Positions 31,249 to 39,773 of a DNA stretch of 64,000 nucleotides are shown one piece after another. Each line of letters starts with the position of its first letter. The stretch's first letter is position 1. A program made the translations under genes and the position numbers. Source of the stretch: an uncultured Gemmatimonadales bacterium. GTDB taxonomy: Bacteria; Gemmatimonadota; Gemmatimonadetes; Gemmatimonadales; Gemmatimonadaceae. The stretch is taken from contig CAWKMU010000003.1 of NCBI GenBank assembly GCA_963850905.1, positions 2,336,001-2,400,000 on the forward strand. Reading direction: 5' to 3'. A model generated the notes under the pieces. The model worked only from the letters and a program-made list of their open reading frames with translations. It was not told the DNA's origin and searched no databases.

Positions 31249-31508
31249 GCGGAAGTCGTGCACTCTCGCTGCAGCGGACGATCGTCACCCCGGCGGAGCG
31301 CGGCCGGTTTCTCGACCGCGCCCGCGTGCAGCGCGATCATTTCTCCTCTCACGCCTGTCGGTATTGGGTGTTCGAGGAGTCCGAGCTCCCCGGCGCGTTC
31401 ATCGAATTCACCGAGAGTGGCGATCTCCGCGCACTGACCGCTGCACTCGCCGGTGCGCCCGATCCGGTCCTGGATCCCACTCGGATCTACGAGGAGGTGG
31501 CGCTATGA
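31245..31508 (+). CDS. Small hypothetical protein, ABM/NIPSNAP-like alpha/beta pattern
   Basis: GTGA overlap with E2; RYWVFEE..PGAFIEFTES. Confidence 0.6.
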   Translation: MSGSRALSLQRTIVTPAERGRFLDRARVQRDHFSSHACRYWVFEESELPGAFIEFTESGDLRALTAALAGAPDPVLDPTRIYEEVAL

Positions 31509-31514
31509 GCTGCT

Positions 31515-31546
31515 GGGGTGTGGGGAGTGGGGTTTGGGGTTTGGGG
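31515..31546 (+). repeat. Five GGGG tracts at 7-nt period, potential G-quadruplex
   Basis: ggggtgtggggagtggggtttggggtttgggg. Confidence 0.8.
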
Positions 31547-31656
31547 AACGTCAACAAACCCGATCCCGGGGTCCGGCGCCAGGAGACAACCTGCAAAGGC
31601 CGGTTACGGCGCGCTGCGGCTGGCTCAACACGTGGCACAACTGTCAAGGACTGACG

Positions 31657-31923
31657 ATGGCGTTTCGCACGGTATCGGTGGACGGCAAGACGTGGCGCGT
31701 GTTCCCCTCAGGCCTGGTCACGCAGTACGACCGCGATGAGTTCGGGTTGATGTATGTCCACGGTGACGGCGACGCGCGAGACGTCCGCGTAACCCGATAC
31801 TCGCCCAAAGGCGCTCGCTCCCGCGACGAATCTTTTTTCCAGCTCGCCGACGCAGATCTGCTGCGACTGTTTCACGAGTCACAGCCGAGTTTCACATCAC
31901 CAGAAGCGGGCTACGCGAAGTGA
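31657..31923 (+). CDS. Hypothetical protein
   Basis: AAGGA RBS, MAFRTVSVDGKTWRV..., GTGA overlap with the next gene. Confidence 0.7.
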   Translation: MAFRTVSVDGKTWRVFPSGLVTQYDRDEFGLMYVHGDGDARDVRVTRYSPKGARSRDESFFQLADADLLRLFHESQPSFTSPEAGYAK

Positions 31924-32828
31924 CTTCAAGCGGGGGCGGCGGGGGCAGCGCCGCGCCCCCGTCTCGACGAGCCGATCTGCACACGCATTCGACGGCATCC
32001 GATGGCGCCGCATCGCCCGCGTGTCTGGTCGAGCAGGCGCGGGCTGCGGGGCTCGCAGCGGTCGCACTGACTGACCACGACACCGTCAGTGGTGTGGCCG
32101 CGGCGCGAGTGGCAGCGGCACGCTTGGACATCGAGGTGATCGCGGGCGTCGAGCTCAGTGCGGTCGAGGATGATGGCGAGGTGCACATCCTGGGGTTGCA
32201 TCTGATGACGGCCGAAACGCTGGAGCCCATGCTCGAGCAGCTCCGCGAGGCGCGCGTGCGACGGGCGGTGACCATGCTGGAGCTGCTCAACGCGTTGGGC
32301 GTACCGGTGACGATGGGTGACGTCATGACACAGGCCGGCACTGCGGCCGTCGGCCGACCGCACGTCGCGCGCGCGCTCATCGCAACTGGATGGGCAAAGG
32401 ACGAGCGAGACGCGTTCGACCGCTTTCTGGGCGGCGGGCGACCGGCGTATGTCGCCAAGCAGCGCCTCCCTATCGTGGACGCCGTTCGAATGATCCACGA
32501 CGCTGGCGGCGTCGCGGTGCTTGCGCACCCCGGACGTCAAGGCACACTCGCGCGCCTCACGGCGTTGCGCAACGCGGGTCTGGATGGCGTGGAAGTGCGG
32601 CACCCGAGCCACTCGGCCGAAGACGAGGCTCGCCTCGCGGCGATCGCGGGCGCGCTCGCGTTGCTGCCCAGCGGTGGGTCCGATTGGCATGGTGCAATGG
32701 ACGGCCCCCGCGTGCTCGGCGCCGTCAGTGTGCCGGCCGAGTGGTCCGACCGGCAGGCAGCGCAGGCGCGACGTCGTCAGCAATCGAGAAGTGACCAATG
32801 GAGCTTGCCGGGCGCGTCGCACTCGTAA
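31920..32828 (+). CDS. PHP-domain phosphoesterase (TrpH/YciV-like)
   Basis: DLHTHSTASDG, LTDHDT, GRPH, LAHP, GGSDWHG. Confidence 0.93.
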   Translation: MTSSGGGGGSAAPPSRRADLHTHSTASDGAASPACLVEQARAAGLAAVALTDHDTVSGVAAARVAAARLDIEVIAGVELSAVEDDGEVHILGLHLMTAETLEPMLEQLREARVRRAVTMLELLNALGVPVTMGDVMTQAGTAAVGRPHVARALIATGWAKDERDAFDRFLGGGRPAYVAKQRLPIVDAVRMIHDAGGVAVLAHPGRQGTLARLTALRNAGLDGVEVRHPSHSAEDEARLAAIAGALALLPSGGSDWHGAMDGPRVLGAVSVPAEWSDRQAAQARRRQQSRSDQWSLPGASHS

Positions 32829-33529
32829 CCGGCGCGGGCATCCGCGTTGGACGCGCGATCGCCGTGGGATTGGCCGGAGCGGGCGCGCGCATCGCCGTCC
32901 ACTATAATGCATCCGCGAAGGGCGCCGACGGCGTCGTTGCGGAGATCCAGGCTGCGGGTGGAGACGCCGCAACGTTTCGCGCCGATCTCTCACGCGCCGA
33001 GACCTCCACGACACTCATCGAGGCGGTGGTCGAGCGGTTCGGCGATCTCGACGTCCTCATCAACTGCGCCGGGGTGATGCAGCGGACGCCGCTCGGCACC
33101 ATCACGCCGGAGATGTGGGACACGATCTTCGCCATCAATCTTCGGGCGCCGTTCTTCGTCGCCCAGGCGGCTGCCCCACACCTGTCGAAGCGTGGTGGCG
33201 CCATCGTCAACATTGCCGACCTGGCCGGCCTGGAGACGTGGTCGGGGTACATCCCGCACGGCATCAGCAAAGCGGGCGTGATCCAGATGACTCGCGCGCT
33301 CGCCCACGCCCTGGCCCCGCGAATCCGCGTCAACGCGGTCGCGCCGGGTGCCGTGCTGCTGCCGGAGCACTGGGACCAGGCGGCCGCTGATCACATCATC
33401 GCGACCACGCCGTTGCGGCGGTTGGGAAACACGTCGGACGTGGTGGGGGCGGTGCTGTACCTGCTCCGGGCGGACTACGTGACCGGACACACACTCGTCG
33501 TTGATGGCGGGCGCCGTGTCAGGACTTGA
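32798..33529 (+). CDS. Short-chain dehydrogenase/reductase, pteridine reductase-like
   Basis: TGAGIRVG, VHYN, IVNIAD, SK motif, VDGG. Confidence 0.88.
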   Translation: MELAGRVALVTGAGIRVGRAIAVGLAGAGARIAVHYNASAKGADGVVAEIQAAGGDAATFRADLSRAETSTTLIEAVVERFGDLDVLINCAGVMQRTPLGTITPEMWDTIFAINLRAPFFVAQAAAPHLSKRGGAIVNIADLAGLETWSGYIPHGISKAGVIQMTRALAHALAPRIRVNAVAPGAVLLPEHWDQAAADHIIATTPLRRLGNTSDVVGAVLYLLRADYVTGHTLVVDGGRRVRT

Positions 33530-34403
33530 CCAACGGAGCCTTCTGGCCGCCTCGGGGGCAGCTATTGGTCCACTCCGCGCCGAGCAGGAGGCGGTGCCGC
33601 GCCCGAGAGACCCGAACGCTGGGCCGCAGCAGTACGGCACCATCGTGGTGGTTGGGGGCGGCTGCTACGGGAGCTACTACGTGCGTCAACTGGGCCGCGC
33701 GCGCGCTGCTGGTGCACTGACGTGGAAGCGAGTCGCGGTCGTCGATCGAGATCCATCCTGCGCGGTCGGTCGCAGTCTCGCCACCGGCGAGACTGCGACG
33801 CCGGGTGTGGAACTCGCGACCACCGACTGGGATTTGTTTTTCAAGGAATACCTCGGATCCGCATGCGCGGATCCCGACGCAGCGTCGGCTGATGCGATCG
33901 TGCCCTCGCCGCTCATGCCCCACCTCATGTTTGAGTGGATACTCGCGCGCGCGAAGCTGCATTGGCCACATCGTGTGGTCGAGACGCGGCCCGTCGAACC
34001 GCTGCCCGACATGCCGTGGCAGCGCAGCGCACCGGATGGCACGCGGTATGTGAGCTTTGCGGAATGGGTGTGCCCCGTGAATTGCATCGAGCCGGCCACC
34101 TGTCCCAAGACGCGGGGCCCGCGGTGGTGGACGATGCCGACCGCCGTGCAGTCCTATGTCGCAGCAGCGCACGCGGCCGATCAGCCGCTGGCCGGGCCCG
34201 TTATCTTTCATTGTACACACCGGGCCTACGGCGTCGGAATGTTCGATACCGCGACGGCGGTCCAGGCAGATGTACTGATTCGAGACGCACCGCGGCGCGG
34301 GCCGGTGGACCTGATCGTCGGGACGGTGTCCCACTGTCACGGCGCCTTGAGCGTGGTTAGGATTGGCGCCGCTGATGGAGAGAACGGTGGAATCGTCGAC
34401 TGA
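33516..34403 (+). CDS. Hypothetical protein with a Rossmann-like N-terminus and a Cys/His-rich C-terminus
   Basis: VVVGGGCYG..VVDRD; CPVNCIEPATCP; HCTH; SHCHG. Confidence 0.7.
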   Translation: MSGLDQRSLLAASGAAIGPLRAEQEAVPRPRDPNAGPQQYGTIVVVGGGCYGSYYVRQLGRARAAGALTWKRVAVVDRDPSCAVGRSLATGETATPGVELATTDWDLFFKEYLGSACADPDAASADAIVPSPLMPHLMFEWILARAKLHWPHRVVETRPVEPLPDMPWQRSAPDGTRYVSFAEWVCPVNCIEPATCPKTRGPRWWTMPTAVQSYVAAAHAADQPLAGPVIFHCTHRAYGVGMFDTATAVQADVLIRDAPRRGPVDLIVGTVSHCHGALSVVRIGAADGENGGIVD

Positions 34404-35361
34404 GTACGATGTCATTATCGTCGGAGCAGGTCCGGCTGGGCTGACCGCGGCGCTGTACGCCGGGCGCTCCATGTTGCGCACGGTGGTGCTCGAGCTCCTG
34501 GCGCCGGGCGGTGAGCTGTTGAAGACGGAAACGATCGAGGACTATCCCGGCTTCGAGCACATCGACGGATCAAAACTCGCGGAGCTCTTCGAGAGTCACG
34601 CGCGGAAGTTCGGCGCCGAGATCCGTCCGTTCACCACGGTGACCGCCGTGCGCAAGCGGCCCGACGGGACGTTCGACGTCGAGACCGAAGGCGGCGAGCG
34701 GTTTCACGCACCGACCGTGATTGTGACTTCCGGTGGCACCCCGACCCACCTGAGTGTGCCTGGTGAAGAGGCGTATGCGGGCAAAGGCGTCTCGTACTGC
34801 GCGATTTGCGATGGCGCTTTCTTCAAGGGCCACACGATCGCGGTCGTGGGCGGTGGCGACGCCGCGGTCGAGGAGAGCGACTTCCTGACGCGGTACGCCG
34901 AGAAGGTGTATCTCATCCACCGCCGCGGCGACCTCCGTGCGTCCAAGATTCTGCAGCAGCGGTTGTTCGCCAATCCCAAGATCGAGGTCATTTGGGATAC
35001 CGTCGTCCGCGAGATCGTGGGTGACGCCAACGGGCTCGTACACCAGCTTCGCTTGCACAACCTCAGGACAGGCGCCGACGTCGATCTCGCCGCGACAGGG
35101 ATCTTCATTTTCGTCGGGTTTCGACCGAACACCGGCATCGTCGAGGCCCACGTCGATCACGATGACATGGGGTATCTGATCACCGACATCAACATGCAGA
35201 CGTCGCTCCCGGGGCTGTTCGCGGCCGGGGATGTGCGTGCGCAGCTCACTCGGCAGGTCACGACGGCTGCGGGCGATGCGACGACTGCGGCCATCGCGGC
35301 TGAGAAATACTTGACTGGCCGGCGCGGGAACCCGCCGAGTGTGGCGCCCGTGATCGGGTGA
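34375..35361 (+). CDS. trxB: Thioredoxin reductase
   Basis: GAGPAGL, GVSYCAICDG, GGGDAAVEE, HRR, AAGDV. Confidence 0.95.
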   Translation: MERTVESSTEYDVIIVGAGPAGLTAALYAGRSMLRTVVLELLAPGGELLKTETIEDYPGFEHIDGSKLAELFESHARKFGAEIRPFTTVTAVRKRPDGTFDVETEGGERFHAPTVIVTSGGTPTHLSVPGEEAYAGKGVSYCAICDGAFFKGHTIAVVGGGDAAVEESDFLTRYAEKVYLIHRRGDLRASKILQQRLFANPKIEVIWDTVVREIVGDANGLVHQLRLHNLRTGADVDLAATGIFIFVGFRPNTGIVEAHVDHDDMGYLITDINMQTSLPGLFAAGDVRAQLTRQVTTAAGDATTAAIAAEKYLTGRRGNPPSVAPVIG

Positions 35362-35377
35362 ACGGGAGGGTAGCGGT

Positions 35378-36028
35378 ATGATTGTCACAGCCACAAACGT
35401 CGGACCATTTCAGGAGAACGCGTATCTGGTCGTCGACGAGACCACCAACAAAGCGGTCTTCGTCGATCCGGGTGATGAAGGCGATCGGCTGCTGGAAGTC
35501 CTCCGCCGGTCGGGCGCCACCCTCGAGGCGATCTGGCTCACGCACGCGCACGTGGACCACATTGGCGCGATTGCAGCCCTGCGGCGCGTGCACGACGTTC
35601 CGATCTTGCTGCACCCGCTCGACGAGCCGGTGTATGCGGCGGGCGAGTCAGTGGCGCGGATGTACGGTATTCCGTTCGAGCGACCGCCGCATCCGGATGC
35701 GCCGTTGGCTGAAGGGCAGGCACTCCGGGTGGGGACGGCGGCGTTCGAGGTGATGCACGTGCCCGGACATGCGCCGGGCCACGTGTTGTTCGTCGGAGAT
35801 GACCTGGTGCTGGGCGGCGACCTCATATTCGCCGGTTCCATCGGACGGACCGACTTGCCGCTCAGCGATCCGGCCGCCATGCAGGAGTCGCTCAATCGTG
35901 CGGCGACGCTGCCCGAAAGACTGGTGATCCATCCCGGGCACGGCGGATCGACCACGGTTGGTCGCGAGCTCAAGAGCAATCCATTCCTATCGGGCATGGC
36001 GCGGGTGCTGGCGCAGGCGAGGAAGTAG
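35378..36028 (+). CDS. MBL-fold metallo-hydrolase, glyoxalase II-like
   Basis: THAHVDH, PGHAPGH, GDLIFAGSIGRTD, PGHG. Confidence 0.93.
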   Translation: MIVTATNVGPFQENAYLVVDETTNKAVFVDPGDEGDRLLEVLRRSGATLEAIWLTHAHVDHIGAIAALRRVHDVPILLHPLDEPVYAAGESVARMYGIPFERPPHPDAPLAEGQALRVGTAAFEVMHVPGHAPGHVLFVGDDLVLGGDLIFAGSIGRTDLPLSDPAAMQESLNRAATLPERLVIHPGHGGSTTVGRELKSNPFLSGMARVLAQARK

Positions 36029-36033
36029 GGCAG

Positions 36034-36370
36034 AACGGTGGGGTCATGGGCTAGGGGACGACCACCGCACGTGGGACTCGGCGGGTAGGGGCGACGCAAT
36101 GCGTCGCCCTACGGTGCGGCAATGCATCGCGGGATTCGGTGGCGCCCGCACGCGAGCGCGCGGACGTTGTGTGTGGTTGCGCCAACGGCGGGCGACGCAT
36201 GCGTCGGCCCCACGGTGCGGCAATGCATCGCGATTCGGTGGCGCCCGCACGCGAACGCGCCGACATTGTATGTGGTTGTGCCAACGGCGGGCGACGCATT
36301 GCGTCGCCCCTACCCGCCGCACGACAACCATCGTTGTAATCCGTTGACCCCGATCCCTGACCTCGCCGCT
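36034..36370. repeat. REPIN/BIME-like cluster: three REPs, two ~100-bp tandem units, perfect 30-bp inverted repeats, outer heptamer arms
   Basis: 36080-36109 is the exact reverse complement of 36289-36318; internal units duplicated. Confidence 0.88.
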
Positions 36371-36378
36371 AGCCTCCT

Positions 36379-36849
36379 GTGAGCCGCTACCTCACAATCG
36401 CCCTGCTCTCCGCCCTTTGGCTGGGCGCTGCCCTCATCGTGGCTGCCGTGGTAGCGCCGGCCGCGTTTGCGGCGCTGCCATCGCGGACCCTGGCTGGGGC
36501 TCTCGTGGGCCGCGTGCTCCCGGCGGTCTTCCTCTCGGGATGCGTCATCGCGATCGTGGCCGTGGTACTCAATGCAAGGGACGCGACGGCGGCTGGAGCG
36601 GCCATTCGCATCGCGGCGTCCATCGTCTGGGCTGCCACCTGCGCCACTGCACAGTTCATCGTGAGTCCGCGCATCGACCGGCTCCGCGAGGCGGCCGGCG
36701 CGCCGATTGACGCGTTGGCGCCAGACGCACCGCTGCGCGTCGCCTTCGGCCGCTTACACGGCGTGAGCGTGGGACAGCTTGGGCTCGCGATGCTGGCGGC
36801 GCTGCTCGTGCTCATCCTCGCTGCGCGAGCAACCATACGAAATGGATAG
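36379..36849 (+). CDS. DUF4149/TMEM205-like membrane protein
   Basis: LWLG...VAPAAF...AG..VGR...FGRLHGVS. Confidence 0.8.
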   Translation: MSRYLTIALLSALWLGAALIVAAVVAPAAFAALPSRTLAGALVGRVLPAVFLSGCVIAIVAVVLNARDATAAGAAIRIAASIVWAATCATAQFIVSPRIDRLREAAGAPIDALAPDAPLRVAFGRLHGVSVGQLGLAMLAALLVLILAARATIRNG

Positions 36850-36857
36850 ATTACAGT

Positions 36858-38355
36858 ATGGCCACACGACTTAGAAACGAGCGGGATCCTCTCGGTCTCG
36901 TCGCCGTACCCAACGACGCCCTCTATGGGGTCCAGACCGAACGGGCGCGGCAGAACTTTCCCATCAGTGGGCTGACCGCGCCGCCAATCTTTGTGACGGC
37001 CACGACGTGGATCAAGAAAGCGGCCGCGCTCGTGCATCGCGAGACCGGGCGGCTCGACGCGGAGCGCGCCGACGCGATCGTCCGAGCGGCCGATGAGATC
37101 TTGAGCGGCAAGCATCTCGAGCACTTCGTCGTGGATGTGTTTCAGGCCGGAGCAGGCACCTCGCACAACATGAACGTGAATGAGGTCATCGCGAACCGCG
37201 CCAACGAATTGCTCGGTCACGCGCGCGGCAGCTACGAGCGCGTGCATCCGAATGACCACGTGAACATGGCGCAGTCGACGAACGATGTCATTCCCACGGC
37301 GATCAGGCTCGCGTGCCTCGCGCAACTGGATAAACTCATCGCGGCGGGGACCGAGCTCGCGCAGGCGTTTCGTCGTCAAGCGCTGGCCACCGATGATGTC
37401 GTGAAAGCCGGGCGGACGCATTTGCAAGATGCCATGCCGATTCGCCTCGGCCAGGAGATGGGCGCGTACGCCGGCTCGATCGAGCGCGGCCTGCGACGTG
37501 TCGAGCAGGCCGCGGACTTCTTGCGTGACCTGGGCATCGGCGGCAGTGCGGTCGGGACCGGTGTTAACGTCGAGCCGCAATATCCGAAGCTCATGGTGCA
37601 GTACCTCCGCGACATCTCGGGTCTGGATCTGCGTGAAGGGGAGGACCGCATCCAGCTCATGCAGAGCATGGGCGATGTCGCCGGGTACAGCGCCCAACTC
37701 CGTGTCCTCGCGCTGGATCTCAGCAAGATCGCGAGCGACCTTCGCCTGCTCGCGAGTGGTCCGCGCACGGGCCTCGACGAGATTCGGCTGCCCGCCGTGC
37801 AGCCGGGCTCGTCCATCATGCCGGGTAAGGTGAATCCTTCCATCCCGGAAATGGTCAATCAGGTGTGCTTTCAAGTGATCGGATGCGACGCGTGTGTAGC
37901 GGCTGCGGCAGAACACGGTCAGCTCGAGCTCAACGTCATGATGCCGGTCATCGCGTACAACGTGCTGCTCGCGGGCCAGATCCTGACCGGGGCGATGCGT
38001 ATCCTCGCGACCCGAGCCGTCGACGGGCTGGAGGCGAATCGTGAGCAGGCCGCGTACTGGGTGGAGCGATCCGCCGCCCTCGCGACCGCGCTCGCGCCGC
38101 AAATTGGCTACGCCCGTGCCGCTGAGCTGAGCAAACAATCCGTGAAGGAGAACGTCCTCATTCGCGACCTCGTCCGGCGCGAGCATGTGCTTGCCCGCGG
38201 CGGAGATCGATGACGTCCTGGACCTGCGGAAGATGACGGAGATCGGAGTACCCGGTGAGTCGCCGAAAAAGGCAGCATCGAAGCCGGCGGGTGGAAAGGG
38301 AAAGCCGGCGCGGAAAGCGGTCGGTGCTGGCACAGGGCGACGGGGGAGGAAATAG
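36858..38355 (+). CDS. aspA: Aspartate ammonia-lyase / class II fumarase family, frameshift near 38195
   Basis: HPNDHVNMAQSTND, GRTHLQDA, GSSIMPGKVNP; the corrected frame ends at TAG 38355; aspA versus fumC is not certain. Confidence 0.85.
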
Positions 38356-38460
38356 GGGCGGTCGCGCCCGTCGGCCGGCCGTTTGTGTGCGGCGTTCCGG
38401 TCGTCGTGTCCGCCGGAGGTCCGTTTGGGAGGCGCGGGACCGTCTAAGGACGCCAGCCTC

Positions 38461-38489
38461 TTGCAGTTGCGAGCCGCGGACCCTAACCT
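38461..38489 (+). promoter_or_regulatory. Putative sigma70 promoter giving a leaderless Rrf2 mRNA
   Basis: TTGCAG-17 nt-TAACCT, 6 nt before ATG 38496; no SD. Confidence 0.55.
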
Positions 38490-38495
38490 GCAGAC

Positions 38496-38951
38496 ATGCG
38501 CATTACGACCTGGGCGGAGTACGGGCTGATTTGTGCTCTGCACTTGGCCAGGCGCGCGACCGAAGGCCCCGTGACCGGCCGCGAGTTGGCGGCGCTGGAG
38601 CGGCTGCCGGCCGACTACGTCGAGCAGATTCTGTTGCGTCTGCGACGGGCGGATGTGGTGCGGAGCACACGAGGCGCGCACGGTGGCTACGTGCTGGCGC
38701 GGCCCGCCGAGTTGATCTCGGTTCGTGAGCTCATTGCGGCGTCCGAGGGAACGACCTTCGACCTGCACTGTGTCAGTCACCCGGTCGAAGAAGAGCGCTG
38801 CTCGGCCTCGCACAATTGCAGCATTCGGCCGGTGTGGGTGCTCCTCCAGCAAAAGATCGACGACGTGCTGGAAGGCGTGCACCTGTCGGACCTCCTGGAC
38901 GAGGAGGCCGTCGTCCGACAGCGGGTTGGCCTCCCGGTACTGCAGGCGTAG
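38496..38951 (+). CDS. Rrf2-family regulator with three Cys (IscR-like)
   Basis: YVEQILLRLRR..VRSTRGAHGGY; C-x9-C-x5-C. Confidence 0.92.
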   Translation: MRITTWAEYGLICALHLARRATEGPVTGRELAALERLPADYVEQILLRLRRADVVRSTRGAHGGYVLARPAELISVRELIAASEGTTFDLHCVSHPVEEERCSASHNCSIRPVWVLLQQKIDDVLEGVHLSDLLDEEAVVRQRVGLPVLQA

Positions 38952-38987
38952 GCCGCTGGCCAGCGCCCGGCGCGCGTCCACCATCGC

Positions 38988-39560
38988 GTGCTGAAGCCCG
39001 ACTTCATTCGGAGTTGGCAAGCGGACCGCGCGCGCCGCGCACAGGCGACGGCGTACGTTGCCACGCTGCTGGCGGAGCCATCGGCGTCGGATGTCCGTTG
39101 GCTGACAGAGGGCGCGACGGCCGGCGACGAGGACCACGCCCGGTGGGAGCTGCGGTACGCGCGGTGTGCCGCGGGGTTGCTCGCTGCGCGGCGTGACGCG
39201 CTCGACGACCGTACCGCGTCACTCGTCTCGGCCGCCCTCGAGCGTGCGTGGCGACGAGACGCCCGCGTCGCCCCCGACCGTCGAGAGATCGCGACGCGGC
39301 AATTCAACACGCGGCTCGCCGCCTACACCGACGCTCTGGCTGAGAAAGATGGTCGCGAGGGCGCCAGCACCAAGCTCGCGCGCGTGTTGCTGGGCTTTTC
39401 GGGGCGTCTCGATCCCACGCCAACTGAGTTGGCTGCGGCAGGCGAACGCCTCGGCGGATATCTGCGCGAGAGCTCCGACGCGCTGAGACAAGCGTTTGGC
39501 GCGGCCGCATTGCCGGAAAACGAGCGGCCGTCGGCGGCGGCTGCGCGTCCCAAAAAATAG
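38988..39560 (+). CDS. Hypothetical helical protein
   Basis: 190-aa ORF on the same strand after Rrf2; no recognised motif. Confidence 0.6.
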   Translation: MLKPDFIRSWQADRARRAQATAYVATLLAEPSASDVRWLTEGATAGDEDHARWELRYARCAAGLLAARRDALDDRTASLVSAALERAWRRDARVAPDRREIATRQFNTRLAAYTDALAEKDGREGASTKLARVLLGFSGRLDPTPTELAAAGERLGGYLRESSDALRQAFGAAALPENERPSAAAARPKK

Positions 39561-39657
39561 GACCGCGTTCCGCTCGCGCGTCCGGCCGCGTACAAACAAA
39601 AACGCGAAAGATCTTTATGTAGATTCTTACGCGATCACGATCATTGCGTGACACAGC

Positions 39658-39685
39658 TTGACATAGGTCGCAGTCTCCGTACCTT
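39658..39685 (+). promoter_or_regulatory. Putative sigma70 promoter of the susC/susD locus
   Basis: TTGACA-16 nt-TACCTT, with AT-rich sequence upstream. Confidence 0.55.
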
Positions 39686-39773
39686 GGCGCCCTTCGGCAT
39701 TCATACGCCGTGCACCCGGTTGATTCGACTGTCAACCTGGTGCACGGCGCAGACGTTCATGCGGAGGAGCGCA

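Noticed and set aside
35378..36028. Metallo-beta-lactamase resistance gene
   Set aside because: No signal peptide, and the motifs match the housekeeping glyoxalase-II-like group.
36080..36318. Possible CRISPR mini-array
   Set aside because: The spacers are about 75 bp and nearly identical to each other, the repeats are REP palindromes, and there are no cas genes.
36387..39137. 916-aa minus-strand ORF and similar long antisense ORFs elsewhere
   Set aside because: Antisense to recognisable genes (DUF4149, aspA, Rrf2) with no motifs; expected at high GC.
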